Below are positions 27,600 to 38,517 of a stretch of 64,000 nucleotides of DNA, in pieces. The position numbers and the translations under genes are program-made. This DNA comes from Hyphomonas sp. (GTDB lineage Bacteria > Pseudomonadota > Alphaproteobacteria > Caulobacterales > Hyphomonadaceae). The stretch's first letter is position 1, and every line of letters begins with the position of its first letter. The notes under the pieces were generated by a model, which did no database searches, was not told the DNA's origin, and was given only the letters and a program-made list of their open reading frames with translations. The stretch is from contig CP051229.1 in the NCBI GenBank assembly GCA_017792365.1, forward strand, positions 3,097,725 to 3,161,724. Reading direction: 5' to 3'.

Positions 27600-29789
27600 A
27601 TGACGCGACAGAAGGCCAATGAGGGAGCCAGGGTGGGCGGGGGCGCCAAGAAGGTGCTCTACACGCTGAAGACCGTGCAGCGCATTGGCCTTGCCAATTC
27701 GGCCAAGGCGCTGACGGCGAAGAATGCGTGCAAGGCCTGCGGGCTCGGCATGGGCGGCCAGCGCGGCGGCATGACGGACGAGCTGGGTGAGTTCCCGTCA
27801 GTCTGCAACAAGAGCGTGCAGGCGCAGTCGACCGATATCCAGCCGCCGATCCCCGAGGAGATTTTCCGCCACCCGATCCGTGAGCTGAAGGAATTGTCGG
27901 GCCACGAGATGGAGCATCTCGGTCGCCTGAACACGCCGATCTTCAAGGAGAAGGGCGCAGACGGATACCAGCCGATTACATGGGACGAGGCGCTGGCGAT
28001 TGCGGTCGACCGGTTTGCGAAAGCGCAGCCGGACCGGACCTTCTTCTATTCTTCCGGGCGGTCGTCGAACGAGGCGGGCTTCGTGCTGCAATTGCTGGCG
28101 CGCGCCTACGGGACCAACAACGTCAACAATTGTTCGTACTACTGCCATCAGGCGACAGGCGTTGCGCTGGGTGGGATGATCGGGACGGGCACGTCGACGG
28201 TCGAGCTGGCCGACCTCAAGAAGTGCGACATGATCTTTGTGATCGGCGCCAATCCATCGTCGAACCACCCGCGCTTCATTCACAAGCTGAAGGCCTGCCG
28301 CGATCGCGGCGGCGAGGTCATCGTCATCAACCCTGCCAAGGAGCCGGGTCTGGTGAAGTTCGCGATCCCGAAGAGCCCGACATCCATGCTGAAGGGCGGG
28401 GACGAGATCGCATCGGCCTATATCCAGCCGCGCATCGGAAGCGACATCGCCCTGCTGAAAGGGATCGCCAAGGCGGTGGTGGAGAAGGGCGGGTTCGATG
28501 AAAGCTTCATAGAGGCGCACACCGAAGGCTTCGACGCATTCCGCTATGACCTGGCTGCGCTGGACTGGGCCAGCGTCGAGCGCGCGACCGGCCTGAAGCA
28601 GGCGGCGATCGTGGAGGTCGCGCAGAAGTACATGCGCGCGAAGTCGGCGGTGTTCGCGTGGGGGATGGGCGTGACGCATCACGTTCACGGCGTCGAGAAT
28701 GTCGAGGCGATTGTGAACCTCGCCCTGTTGCGCGGCATGATGGGTCGCCCGCACGCCGGCCTGTTGCCGTTGCGGGGACATTCCAACGTTCAGGGGATCG
28801 GCACGATCGGCGTGAAGCCGGTGCTGGCCGAAGATGTGCTGGTGCGCATGGAGCAGACGCTCGGCGTGAGCCTGCCGCGCAGCGAAGGCATGGACACGAT
28901 GGCGTGCATGCAGGCCGCTGACCGGGGCGAGATCGACGCCGCGCTGATCATGGGCGGCAATCTCTATGCTGCGAACCCGGACAGCGCCTGGGCGGAACAG
29001 GCGCTCGACCGGATCGGCTTCAAGCTGTTCCTGACGACGACGCTGAACCGCGGACACGTGTGTGGGGTGGGGGCTGGCGAGAGCCTCGTCCTTCCGGTCA
29101 CGGCGCGGGATGAGGAATGGGAGCCGACCACGCAGGAATCCATGTTCAATTATGTGCGGTTGAGCGATGGCGGCGTCGACCGACTGGATAGCGTGCGGCC
29201 GGAAACCGCGATCCTCGCCGAACTGGGCGAGCGGCTGCTGCCGGACAGTGCGATCGATTTCGCAAGCTTCAAAAGGCATCGGCGTGTCCGTGAAGCGATC
29301 GCAGCCACGGTGCCGGGCATGGAGGAACTCGCCGACATCGACATCGCCAAGCGCGAGTTTCACATCGCCAACCGCATCCTGCACGAGCCGCAGTTTGCAA
29401 CGCCGAGCGGCAGGGCGGCCTTTCAGGTCGTGGCGATGCCGAAGGATACCGCCAGCGAGGCCCCGTTCACGCTGTCGACTGTGCGGTCCGAGGGGCAGTT
29501 CAACTCGATCGTCTATGAGGAGAAGGACAGCTATCGCGGCACGCTGACACGCTGGTGCGTCATGATGAACGCTGATGACATGCGCGCGCTGGGGCTGGAG
29601 GCGGGCGGTCTCGCAAACCTCAGATCAAGACACGGGGTCATGGAAGAGGTGACGGTCTATCCTCACGACCTGCCGCAAGGCGACGTGATGGCCTACTATC
29701 CCGAGGCCAATGTGCTGACCGGGACGGCGGTCGATCCGCGCAGCAAGACGCCTTCGTTCAAGGCGACGCCCGTCTGGGTGACGCGTTGA
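27600..29789 (+). CDS. FdhF/YdeP-family molybdopterin oxidoreductase
   Basis: 729 aa. N-terminal Cys cluster (CKACGLGMGG...CNKS). Molybdopterin oxidoreductase-like sequence throughout. Confidence 0.8.
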   Translation: MTRQKANEGARVGGGAKKVLYTLKTVQRIGLANSAKALTAKNACKACGLGMGGQRGGMTDELGEFPSVCNKSVQAQSTDIQPPIPEEIFRHPIRELKELSGHEMEHLGRLNTPIFKEKGADGYQPITWDEALAIAVDRFAKAQPDRTFFYSSGRSSNEAGFVLQLLARAYGTNNVNNCSYYCHQATGVALGGMIGTGTSTVELADLKKCDMIFVIGANPSSNHPRFIHKLKACRDRGGEVIVINPAKEPGLVKFAIPKSPTSMLKGGDEIASAYIQPRIGSDIALLKGIAKAVVEKGGFDESFIEAHTEGFDAFRYDLAALDWASVERATGLKQAAIVEVAQKYMRAKSAVFAWGMGVTHHVHGVENVEAIVNLALLRGMMGRPHAGLLPLRGHSNVQGIGTIGVKPVLAEDVLVRMEQTLGVSLPRSEGMDTMACMQAADRGEIDAALIMGGNLYAANPDSAWAEQALDRIGFKLFLTTTLNRGHVCGVGAGESLVLPVTARDEEWEPTTQESMFNYVRLSDGGVDRLDSVRPETAILAELGERLLPDSAIDFASFKRHRRVREAIAATVPGMEELADIDIAKREFHIANRILHEPQFATPSGRAAFQVVAMPKDTASEAPFTLSTVRSEGQFNSIVYEEKDSYRGTLTRWCVMMNADDMRALGLEAGGLANLRSRHGVMEEVTVYPHDLPQGDVMAYYPEANVLTGTAVDPRSKTPSFKATPVWVTR

Positions 29790-29864
29790 GCCGGGCGCTG
29801 GGCTGCGCCGGCCCTGATCCAGCCGCTTGACCTGCCGGGGCGCTCGGCGCAACAGGGGCGCCGA

Positions 29865-30620
29865 ATGAACACGGTCCTCAAATTCATCAACAACATGGAT
29901 GCGCGCGCCCAGCGGACGACCTGGGTCTCGCTCGCACTCCTGATTGGCGTGGGCGCGATGATCGCGCTCGGCAAGACCGGCGCGCTTGGCCTGGTGTCGG
30001 AGGATGTCGAGCGCTTCCTCACCAGCCTGCGCGAAGGGCCGTGGGGATTGCCCGCCGTCATCCTGGTTTTCTGCGTGTCTGCTTACGTTGCGGCGCCTCA
30101 GTTCCTGCTGATCGGCGCATGCGTGGTGGCGTTCGGGCCGTTGCTGGGGTTCCTCTACGCATGGATCGGGACGGCGGCGTCAGGCGTCACGACCTTCTAC
30201 ACCGGGCGCTGGGCCGGCGCGGGCATGCTGCGGCGCTATGGCGGCAATACCGTGAACCGCCTGTCTCGCTTTGTCGGGCGCAATGATTTTCTGGCCAGCC
30301 TGATCGTGCGGAACGTGCCGACGGCTCCGTTCATCGTGGTGAACATGGCGTTCGGCGTGAGCCACGCGAATTTCTGGCGCTACTTCGCCGGACTGGTGAT
30401 CGGCTGCATCCCGAAGACCGCGATCGTCGCCCTGTTGGGTCAGTCGGTGCTATCGGCGATGGGCGGCGGGATCATTTTCGCCATCGGGGTGGCGGTCACG
30501 GTGATCGGCATCTGGATTTCGGTGGCGCTCGCGGCGCGGCGCGCGGTGCGCGAAGAGGCGCCGGTGCCGGATGGCGACGCGGAAATCGCGGGAACCGAAA
30601 AGGCCGAACACGGTTCGTGA
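29865..30620 (+). CDS. TVP38/TMEM64 (DedA-related) family membrane protein
   Basis: 251 aa, multi-TM. ...RWAGAGMLRRYGGNTVNRLSRFVGRNDFLASLIVRNVPTAPF... Confidence 0.7.
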   Translation: MNTVLKFINNMDARAQRTTWVSLALLIGVGAMIALGKTGALGLVSEDVERFLTSLREGPWGLPAVILVFCVSAYVAAPQFLLIGACVVAFGPLLGFLYAWIGTAASGVTTFYTGRWAGAGMLRRYGGNTVNRLSRFVGRNDFLASLIVRNVPTAPFIVVNMAFGVSHANFWRYFAGLVIGCIPKTAIVALLGQSVLSAMGGGIIFAIGVAVTVIGIWISVALAARRAVREEAPVPDGDAEIAGTEKAEHGS

Positions 30621-31047
30621 AGCGCCGGTACGACAGGGACGATCGCCTACAAATGATGCGCGGGGCTGCAGTGCCGTCGGGATCGCACGAACCACAGCCA
30701 TGCCTTCGAAAGGCTCATCCGGCGGCAGCGCATCGCGCCGAACAGGCGAGTCACGCACGGCGCAGCTTCGGAACAGGCGAGACGCGATGGATTCATGGCT
30801 TCGCTCGCGGCGCTGTGCCGCTGACAAACCTGACCGCCAAGCTTGACGTTATTGACGCCCCGGGGAATAGATGGGCGATGCGCAATGCGGGCGATAATCG
30901 GCGGCTTGAGGGCCAGCTTACCCTGCGGGGGCTCCTTAGGGGCCCCTGGGCGTAGTCTGTAGCGGTCGACATTCGATTTCGACCGGTGCGTCCAGGGGAT
31001 CGAGAGACACTCCACCGCAACATGAAATTCTGCAGGACGCAGGCGCG

Positions 31048-32604
31048 ATGACCCAACAGGATAAATCCATGACCACCGGCAAGGACCGGGTCTTGATCTT
31101 CGACACTACGATGCGGGACGGCGAACAATCGCCGGGCGCTTCGATGACCCTCCGCGAAAAGATCGACCTGGCGCAGCTGCTTGAAGAAATGAAGGTCGAC
31201 ATCTGCGAGGCGGGCTTTGCCGCGGCCTCCGAAGGCGACTTCGAGTGTGTGCGCTCCATCGCGGAAAACGCGAAGGAGATGGTGATCTGTTCGCTGGCGC
31301 GGTCGACGCTGAGCGATATCGACAAGGCCGGGGAAGCCATCAAGAAGGCGAAGCGTCCGCGCATTCACACCTTCATCTCGACCAGCCCGGTGCACATGAA
31401 GCACAAGCTGCGGATGGGCGAGAACGCGGTGCTGGAAGCGATCGGCGCCTCGGTGTCGCGGGCCCGGCAGCATGTCGACGACGTCGAATGGTCGCCAGAG
31501 GATGCGACGCGGACGGACTGGGATTTCCTGTGCCGGGCGATCGACACGGCGATAGCCTCCGGCGCCACCACGATCAACATCCCCGACACTGTGGGCTATT
31601 CCCACCCGGCTGAGTATGGCGCACTGATCCGCCGCCTGATCGAGACCATTCCGAATTCCGACAAGGTGGTGTGGTCCACGCACTGTCACAACGATCTCGG
31701 CATGGCGGTCGCAAACTCGCTCGCGGGCGTCATCAACGGCGCGCGGCAGGTTGAGTGCGCGATCAACGGCATGGGCGAGCGGGCAGGGAATGCCGCGCTC
31801 GAGGAAGTCGTGATGGCGCTGAAGGTGCGTGGTGATTCCATGCCGTTCGAGACCGCGATCGACAGCCAGAAACTGTCGCGCGCCTCGAAGATGGTGTCGC
31901 AGATCACCGGCTTTCCGGTGCAGTACAACAAGGCGATCGTCGGCAAGAACGCCTTCGCGCACGAGAGCGGCATCCACCGTGATGGCATGCTCAAGAATAA
32001 CCAGACCTACGAGATCATGGACCCCGAGGATGTCGGCGTCCCTTCGACCTCGCTGATCCTCGGCAAGCTGTCTGGCCGCAACGCTTTCCGCGACAAGCTG
32101 CAGGCGCTTGGCTACGAGCTGGAGCAGGATCCGCTGAACGACGCGTTCCGCCGCTTCAAGGCGCTGGCCGACAAGAAGAAGCACGTCTTTGACGAGGACA
32201 TCATCGCACTCGTCGACGACCAGCTGACCGGCGCGCAGGAGCGCATCAAGGTCGCCTCGCTGAAAGTGATGGCGGGAACGGCGGGACCGCAGACGGCGGA
32301 GATCGAACTGGAAATCGACGGCGAGATCCATGCGGCGCAGTCGCAGGGCAATGGTCCGGTCGACGCGGTTTTCAACGCCATTCGTGCGATCACGCAGCAC
32401 GAAGCGCGCCTGCAGCTCTATCAGGTCCATGCCGTTACGGAAGGAACCGATGCGCAGGCGACGGTCTCCGTCAGGCTTGCGGAAGACGGGCTCGTGTCGA
32501 CCGGCAAGGCGTCTGATCCCGATACGCTCGTCGCTTCGGCCCGCGCCTATTGCCATGCGCTGAGCAAGCTGGAAGTGCGCAAGCGCAAGCGCATCGCTGC
32601 GTAA
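31048..32604 (+). CDS. leuA: 2-isopropylmalate synthase
   Basis: 518 aa: IFDTTMRDGEQSPG, HCHNDLGMAVANSLAG; C-terminal LeuA dimerisation/regulatory domain. Confidence 0.95.
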   Translation: MTQQDKSMTTGKDRVLIFDTTMRDGEQSPGASMTLREKIDLAQLLEEMKVDICEAGFAAASEGDFECVRSIAENAKEMVICSLARSTLSDIDKAGEAIKKAKRPRIHTFISTSPVHMKHKLRMGENAVLEAIGASVSRARQHVDDVEWSPEDATRTDWDFLCRAIDTAIASGATTINIPDTVGYSHPAEYGALIRRLIETIPNSDKVVWSTHCHNDLGMAVANSLAGVINGARQVECAINGMGERAGNAALEEVVMALKVRGDSMPFETAIDSQKLSRASKMVSQITGFPVQYNKAIVGKNAFAHESGIHRDGMLKNNQTYEIMDPEDVGVPSTSLILGKLSGRNAFRDKLQALGYELEQDPLNDAFRRFKALADKKKHVFDEDIIALVDDQLTGAQERIKVASLKVMAGTAGPQTAEIELEIDGEIHAAQSQGNGPVDAVFNAIRAITQHEARLQLYQVHAVTEGTDAQATVSVRLAEDGLVSTGKASDPDTLVASARAYCHALSKLEVRKRKRIAA

Positions 32605-32608
32605 AGAA

Positions 32609-32673
32609 GACAGCCGCGACAGTTAAGGTTTCGCCCGCTGACCGCTCGCCGGCAGCGGGCGAATGCGGCTGTC
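32609..32673 (+). terminator. nested GC-rich hairpin downstream of leuA (terminator-like, no U tract)
   Basis: Outer stem gacagccgc (32609-32617) / gcggctgtc (32665-32673). Inner perfect 10-bp stem tcgcccgctg (32631-32640) / cagcgggcga (32653-32662). Confidence 0.35.
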
Positions 32674-32759
32674 CACACATACGAGATTAACTTCATGCTG
32701 TTACACAAACCCCGCCGCGCGAAGGCGGGAGGCTTTCGCGGTATGACATCGGGGGTCGT

Positions 32760-34361
32760 ATGCCGGGAAAAGACAAGCTCGACGTTCAGACGCTGATCGA
32801 AGCGCTGGAAGTCCTGAATGACGGCTTCGCGATCTATGAAGGCGAAAGACCGCTCCTTCTGAACCGGACCACCGAGAGACGTTTCGGCGCGCTGTATCGC
32901 GAGATGAGGGAAGAAGGCATCTCCTATCGCGAGGCCATCCGCCGCCGCATCCAGCGTGGACGGCCGGACGCCTCGGAAGAGCAGCTCGATGAGTGGGCCG
33001 ACCGCTTCCACGGATACTTCCATTCCGGAGAGACCTACACCAACCTCGCCGACGACGGCCGGATGGTGAAGATCACCTTCCGCGAGATGTCGAACGGTCT
33101 GCGCGCCGCCATCTCGGTCGACGTGACCGAAGAGATGGAGCGCGCCAACGAACTGAAGAAAGCGCAGAAGGCGGCCGAAGCCGCAAGCGAGTCGAAGTCC
33201 GCCTTCCTTGCGAACATGAGTCACGAAATCCGGACGCCGCTCAACGGCATCATGGGCATGGCGCAGGTGATGAGCTCCACGGAGCTGACAGACCAGCAGC
33301 GCGAGTACATGTCGACGATCCTGGAGTCTGGAAAGACCCTGATGACGTTGCTGAATGACGTCCTCGACCTCTCCAAGATCGAAGCCGGCAAGCTGGATCT
33401 CGCGCCTGCCGATGCCGACCTGCATCACATCCTGCGGCGCATCCGCAAGCTGTGGCTGCCGCGAGCCGAGGAGAAGGGCCTCGACCTGCGCCTTGCGCTC
33501 GATTGCGACCTGCCGAACTTCCTTTGCTTCGACCAGACGCGCGTGCAGCAATGCGTGTCGAACCTGATCTCGAACGCGATCAAGTTCACCGAGAAGGGCG
33601 GGGTCGAGGTGTTCGCCAGCGCCCAGCTTCAGGAAGACGGCGCGCATCTGATCGAGATCCGGGTGAGGGATACCGGCTCCGGCATGGACGAGGAGACTCT
33701 GGGGCGTCTGTTCCAGCCATTTGCGCAGGCCGACGAAACGATTTCCCGCAAGCACGGCGGCACCGGTCTTGGCCTCTCCATCGTTCGCCGTCTTGCTGAA
33801 ATGATGGGCGGATCGGCGACCGCGAAGAGCGAGCTCGGCGTCGGCTCGGAATTTGTCGTCTCGTTCGTGGCTCGTCAGGGCGCGGTGCAGCCCCGCCGGC
33901 GCGCCTCTGATCGGCCGTCCAGCGATGCGGATCAGCGCGAACAGCTAAAGGCGTCAAACCTGCGCGTCCTGCTTGTCGACGATCATCCGATCAATCGTCA
34001 GGTCGCCAACCTGTTCCTGCGGCCGTTGAACCTGCGCGTCGTGGAAGCGGTCAACGGCGCCGAGGCGCTCGAGGCGCTCAAGCGTGAAACGTTCGAGCTG
34101 GTGCTGCTCGACATGCATATGCCGGTGATGGACGGACCGACGACGATCCAGCATATCCGCGCCAGCGAAGAGCCGTGGGCCAATGTGCCGGTTGTCGCGC
34201 TGACGGCGGACGCCATGAGCGGCGACAAGGAGCGCTATCTGGGCATGGGCATGAACGGCTATCTGTCCAAGCCGCTCGCCGAACGGGAGCTGGTCTCGGA
34301 GATGCTACGGGTTGTCTGCGCCTCAACGCCAGCCGGGCAGGTCGAGCGCCGGCGCGCCTGA
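32760..34361 (+). CDS. hybrid sensor histidine kinase / response regulator (cytoplasmic, PAS-like N-terminus)
   Basis: 533 aa. H-box SHEIRTPLNGIMG; ATPase boxes NAIKFT, DTGSGM, GTGLGLSIV; C-terminal REC (VLLVDDHPINR...LDMHMPVMDG...KP). Confidence 0.9.
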   Translation: MPGKDKLDVQTLIEALEVLNDGFAIYEGERPLLLNRTTERRFGALYREMREEGISYREAIRRRIQRGRPDASEEQLDEWADRFHGYFHSGETYTNLADDGRMVKITFREMSNGLRAAISVDVTEEMERANELKKAQKAAEAASESKSAFLANMSHEIRTPLNGIMGMAQVMSSTELTDQQREYMSTILESGKTLMTLLNDVLDLSKIEAGKLDLAPADADLHHILRRIRKLWLPRAEEKGLDLRLALDCDLPNFLCFDQTRVQQCVSNLISNAIKFTEKGGVEVFASAQLQEDGAHLIEIRVRDTGSGMDEETLGRLFQPFAQADETISRKHGGTGLGLSIVRRLAEMMGGSATAKSELGVGSEFVVSFVARQGAVQPRRRASDRPSSDADQREQLKASNLRVLLVDDHPINRQVANLFLRPLNLRVVEAVNGAEALEALKRETFELVLLDMHMPVMDGPTTIQHIRASEEPWANVPVVALTADAMSGDKERYLGMGMNGYLSKPLAERELVSEMLRVVCASTPAGQVERRRA

Positions 34362-34368
34362 GCGCGGC

Positions 34369-34791
34369 TCAGGCTTTCACGCCGCCCTGTTTGCAGAGAT
34401 GCTTCCACTCGGCGGCGGTCACCGGCTGAACCGACAGGCGCGTGTTGTTCACTAGGATCATGTCCGCGAGCTTCGGGTCTTCCTTCGCCATCGCGAGTGA
34501 GATCGGATTGTCCAGCGGCGCGACGGCGACGAAATCACAGCAGACCCAGGGTTTGCCTTCCTCCGCCGTCGGGTCGGGATAGGCTTCCCTGGTGACTTCG
34601 GCCACGCCGACAATCTCCTTGCCGATGTTCGAGTGGTAGAAGAAGGCCCTGTCGCCTGTCTTCATCGCCATCAGGTTCAACTTGGCCTGGTGATTGCGGA
34701 CGCCATTCCACATCTCGCCCTTCTTGCCTTTCTTGACGAGGTCGTCCCACGAGAACACGTCGGGCTCTGATTTGATGAGCCAGTAGGCCAT
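34369..34791 (-). CDS. EVE (PUA-like) domain protein
   Basis: 140 aa: MAYWLIKSEPDVFSWDDL...WNGVRNHQA...FFYHSN, typical of EVE domain proteins. Confidence 0.8.
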   Translation of the reverse strand: MAYWLIKSEPDVFSWDDLVKKGKKGEMWNGVRNHQAKLNLMAMKTGDRAFFYHSNIGKEIVGVAEVTREAYPDPTAEEGKPWVCCDFVAVAPLDNPISLAMAKEDPKLADMILVNNTRLSVQPVTAAEWKHLCKQGGVKA

Positions 34792-34800
34792 GTCTGTTTC

Positions 34801-36156
34801 CTAGCTTTCGACGCCGCGATCGAGCCGGCGAATCTTTCTCAGAGTGGGGAACATAGCCGCCCATGTAATCGCGACAATAACCGCGCCGGCGCCGCCCAGC
34901 GTTGCAGCGGCGATCGCCCCGCCCGCGCCCGCGCCAAGAAGGCTGGCCATGCCGCCCGCCCGAAACTCGCCAAGCTCGTTGGATGCCGAGATGAAGACCG
35001 AATTGACGGCGTTGACCCGTCCGCGGACGTCGTCGGGCGTCCATAGCTGGAGAAGCGTCTCGCGGACGACGACGCTGACCATATCCGCCGCGCCGAGCAG
35101 GATGAGCGCGAGGATGGAGAGCCAGGCGATCGTCGAAAGCCCGAACACCATCGTGAACACGCCGAACAAGCCAACGCAGACAAACATGATGTGGCCGGCA
35201 TGGTCGCGGATCGGGAATGCGGCGAGGAGGCCGGCGGTGACGACTGCGCCGATCCCGGGCGCGGCGCGCAACCAGCCAAGGCCGCTGGGCCCAAGGTGCA
35301 GGACTTCTTCGGCGTAGACCGGGAGGAGCGCGATGACGCCGCCCATCAAGACCGCGAACAGGTCGAGCGATACGGCGCCGAGGACGATCTTCTGCCGCCA
35401 GATATAGCGGAAGCCCTCAAGCATGTTGTGGAGGGTGGGGCGTTCCCGGTTCGAGGCGTGCGCGGGCTTGGGGATCGTGAAGATCAGCACGGCGGCCAGC
35501 ATGATGAGCACGAAGGCGGTGGAGTAAGCGACGACGGGCCCGCGTCCGTCCAGAAAGTCGGCGGCGGCGACGTTTCCGCCTGAACGCAGGAAGCTGACAA
35601 AACCCTCTTCGCCAAAGCCGAGCAAAAGCCCGCCGACGGCCGGCCCGACGATGGTGGCGGTCTGCCAAGCCGAAGAATTCCAGGTCACCGCGTTCGCAAA
35701 GTCTTCCTTGGGCACCAGGCTGACGATCAGAGAGGCCGAGGAGGGGCCCAGAAAGGCCCGGGCGACGCCGAAGACCGACAGGATGCCCAGCATCCATGCC
35801 GCCGTGATTTCGCCAGTGTAGGCGAGCCACGCCATGCAGGCCGCGCAGATGGCGGCAAGGATGATCGACAGCCCCATGATGAGCCGTCGGCCGAACCGGT
35901 CCGCCGCAGACCCCGTGACCAGAACGAGGAGCAGCATGGGCAGGAACTGAACGAGGCCGACGAGGCCGGGGTACAAGGGATCCCTAGTCAGGTCGTAGAT
36001 GTGCCACAGCACCGCCACCGACAGGATCTGCGTGCCGAACGTCGCGAGGAAGCGGGCGATCCAGTATCGCACGAACGATGAGTGCCGGAAGGCGCTGAAC
36101 CGGCCCTCGGCCCGCGCAGGACTATCTGTGATCTCGGTCAGAATCGGTCCCTTCAA
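34801..36156 (-). CDS. MFS transporter
   Basis: 451 aa, about 12 TM. The track start is TTG. Confidence 0.8.
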   Translation of the reverse strand: MKGPILTEITDSPARAEGRFSAFRHSSFVRYWIARFLATFGTQILSVAVLWHIYDLTRDPLYPGLVGLVQFLPMLLLVLVTGSAADRFGRRLIMGLSIILAAICAACMAWLAYTGEITAAWMLGILSVFGVARAFLGPSSASLIVSLVPKEDFANAVTWNSSAWQTATIVGPAVGGLLLGFGEEGFVSFLRSGGNVAAADFLDGRGPVVAYSTAFVLIMLAAVLIFTIPKPAHASNRERPTLHNMLEGFRYIWRQKIVLGAVSLDLFAVLMGGVIALLPVYAEEVLHLGPSGLGWLRAAPGIGAVVTAGLLAAFPIRDHAGHIMFVCVGLFGVFTMVFGLSTIAWLSILALILLGAADMVSVVVRETLLQLWTPDDVRGRVNAVNSVFISASNELGEFRAGGMASLLGAGAGGAIAAATLGGAGAVIVAITWAAMFPTLRKIRRLDRGVES

Positions 36157-36417
36157 GCGCCGCCGTCGCCGCTCTTAAGCCATGTCCCCGGTCGTCGCGA
36201 CAAGGCAAGGCATCGAAAAGCGGTGGAAATAATATGGGACAGATCGTTCCATGAAGGCGCAGAGCCGTGCCGCCGCGACTCTGGAGAGCGCACGCTGATG
36301 CCTGCAAGATCGACCAAACGAGCAAAACCTCCCGCCAATTCGACAGAGCTGAATGGAACGGTCTGTTCCGATAGCGTGCGGCGGATGGCTGGCCCCCTCT
36401 TGCGTTAGGGTTTCTGA

Positions 36418-37527
<1,110 letters not shown>

Positions 37528-37584
37528 GTTCCGCTAAACTCGAATCACGCCCGCTGACCGCACGGATCCGCGAGGAGCTGTTAA

Positions 37585-38517
37585 ATGGCCTGGTATGGTC
37601 GCAGACGAACCGGTGAAGCCAACCCCGGCGCTCCGGCGGCGATCGCCGGGCTTGTGCTCGCGATGCTTGGCTTCCTGGCGGTGCAGACGTCATCCGCCGT
37701 TCGCAGCGGGATCGATTCCTCGCGCGCCTCGATGGATAGCACCACGGCGAACCTCGCACAGTTCGCAACCGCGATCTCGAGCTGGTCGTTCGGATTTGGC
37801 GGTGGCGGCGACAGCGAGGAAATCGCCCGCCTGCAGCGCGAGAACCTTGAGCTGCAACGATACAAGGAATTGTCCGAGACCATGGTGCTGCGGATGCAGC
37901 GCTACGAGGAATTGCTCAATCTTGTTGGTGAGACACAGGCCCCGGCGCTGACGGCGCGTGTGGTGGCCGAGATCCGCGGTCCATTCGCCGCCGCGAAAAT
38001 CGCCAACGCAGGCCAGGCCGAAGGAGTGCGGGAAGGATTTGCCGCGGTGAACGCGAACGGCCTCGTCGGGCGCGTCATCAGGGTGGGGGAGCACACCTCC
38101 CGCATCCTGATGGTGACGGACTTCAACAGCCGCATTCCGGTGATGGGCCAGCAATCCGGCGATCGCGCGCTGATGGTTGGCGACAGCGAGACCGGCGCCC
38201 GGCTGGTCGAGCCCGAAACGCCCGACCAGATCGTGCCGGGCGAGATCTGGGTCACGTCAGGCGACGATGGACAGTTGCCGCTTGGCATCCGCGTGGGCCG
38301 CGCCGTGAAGCAGGGCGAGGAATGGCGGATCGACTTGTCGATCGCCGACGGGCCGGTCGACTTCGTGCGACTGGCGCCCCCGCCTGATTTCGCCGCGCCC
38401 GAAGCTGCGCCGGCGACAGACCTCGACACCGCTGCGCCGAACCCGCCGACATCGCTACGGTCGACCGATGTCCCCGCGGAGGAAGCGGCGGAAGGCGCAG
38501 GAGGCTCCGCCGAGTGA
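37585..38517 (+). CDS. mreC: rod shape-determining protein MreC
   Basis: 310 aa. TM, coiled-coil (LQRENLELQRYKEL) and beta-barrel domains. Positioned between mreB and mreD. Confidence 0.9.
   Translation: MAWYGRRRTGEANPGAPAAIAGLVLAMLGFLAVQTSSAVRSGIDSSRASMDSTTANLAQFATAISSWSFGFGGGGDSEEIARLQRENLELQRYKELSETMVLRMQRYEELLNLVGETQAPALTARVVAEIRGPFAAAKIANAGQAEGVREGFAAVNANGLVGRVIRVGEHTSRILMVTDFNSRIPVMGQQSGDRALMVGDSETGARLVEPETPDQIVPGEIWVTSGDDGQLPLGIRVGRAVKQGEEWRIDLSIADGPVDFVRLAPPPDFAAPEAAPATDLDTAAPNPPTSLRSTDVPAEEAAEGAGGSAE

Noticed and set aside
30740-30781. An 11-nt direct repeat GAACAGGCGAG spaced 31 bp apart, upstream of leuA.
   Set aside because: A rough estimate suggests that one or two such local 11-mer repeats are expected by chance in a GC-biased 64-kb window. 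There is no palindromic structure and no recurrence elsewhere in the window.
30877-30954. A 25-codon ORF with five Leu codons upstream of leuA, considered as a leucine leader peptide.
   Set aside because: The Leu codons are scattered rather than tandem. No SD was recognised and no downstream terminator or U-tract was found. The evidence is insufficient for an attenuator call.
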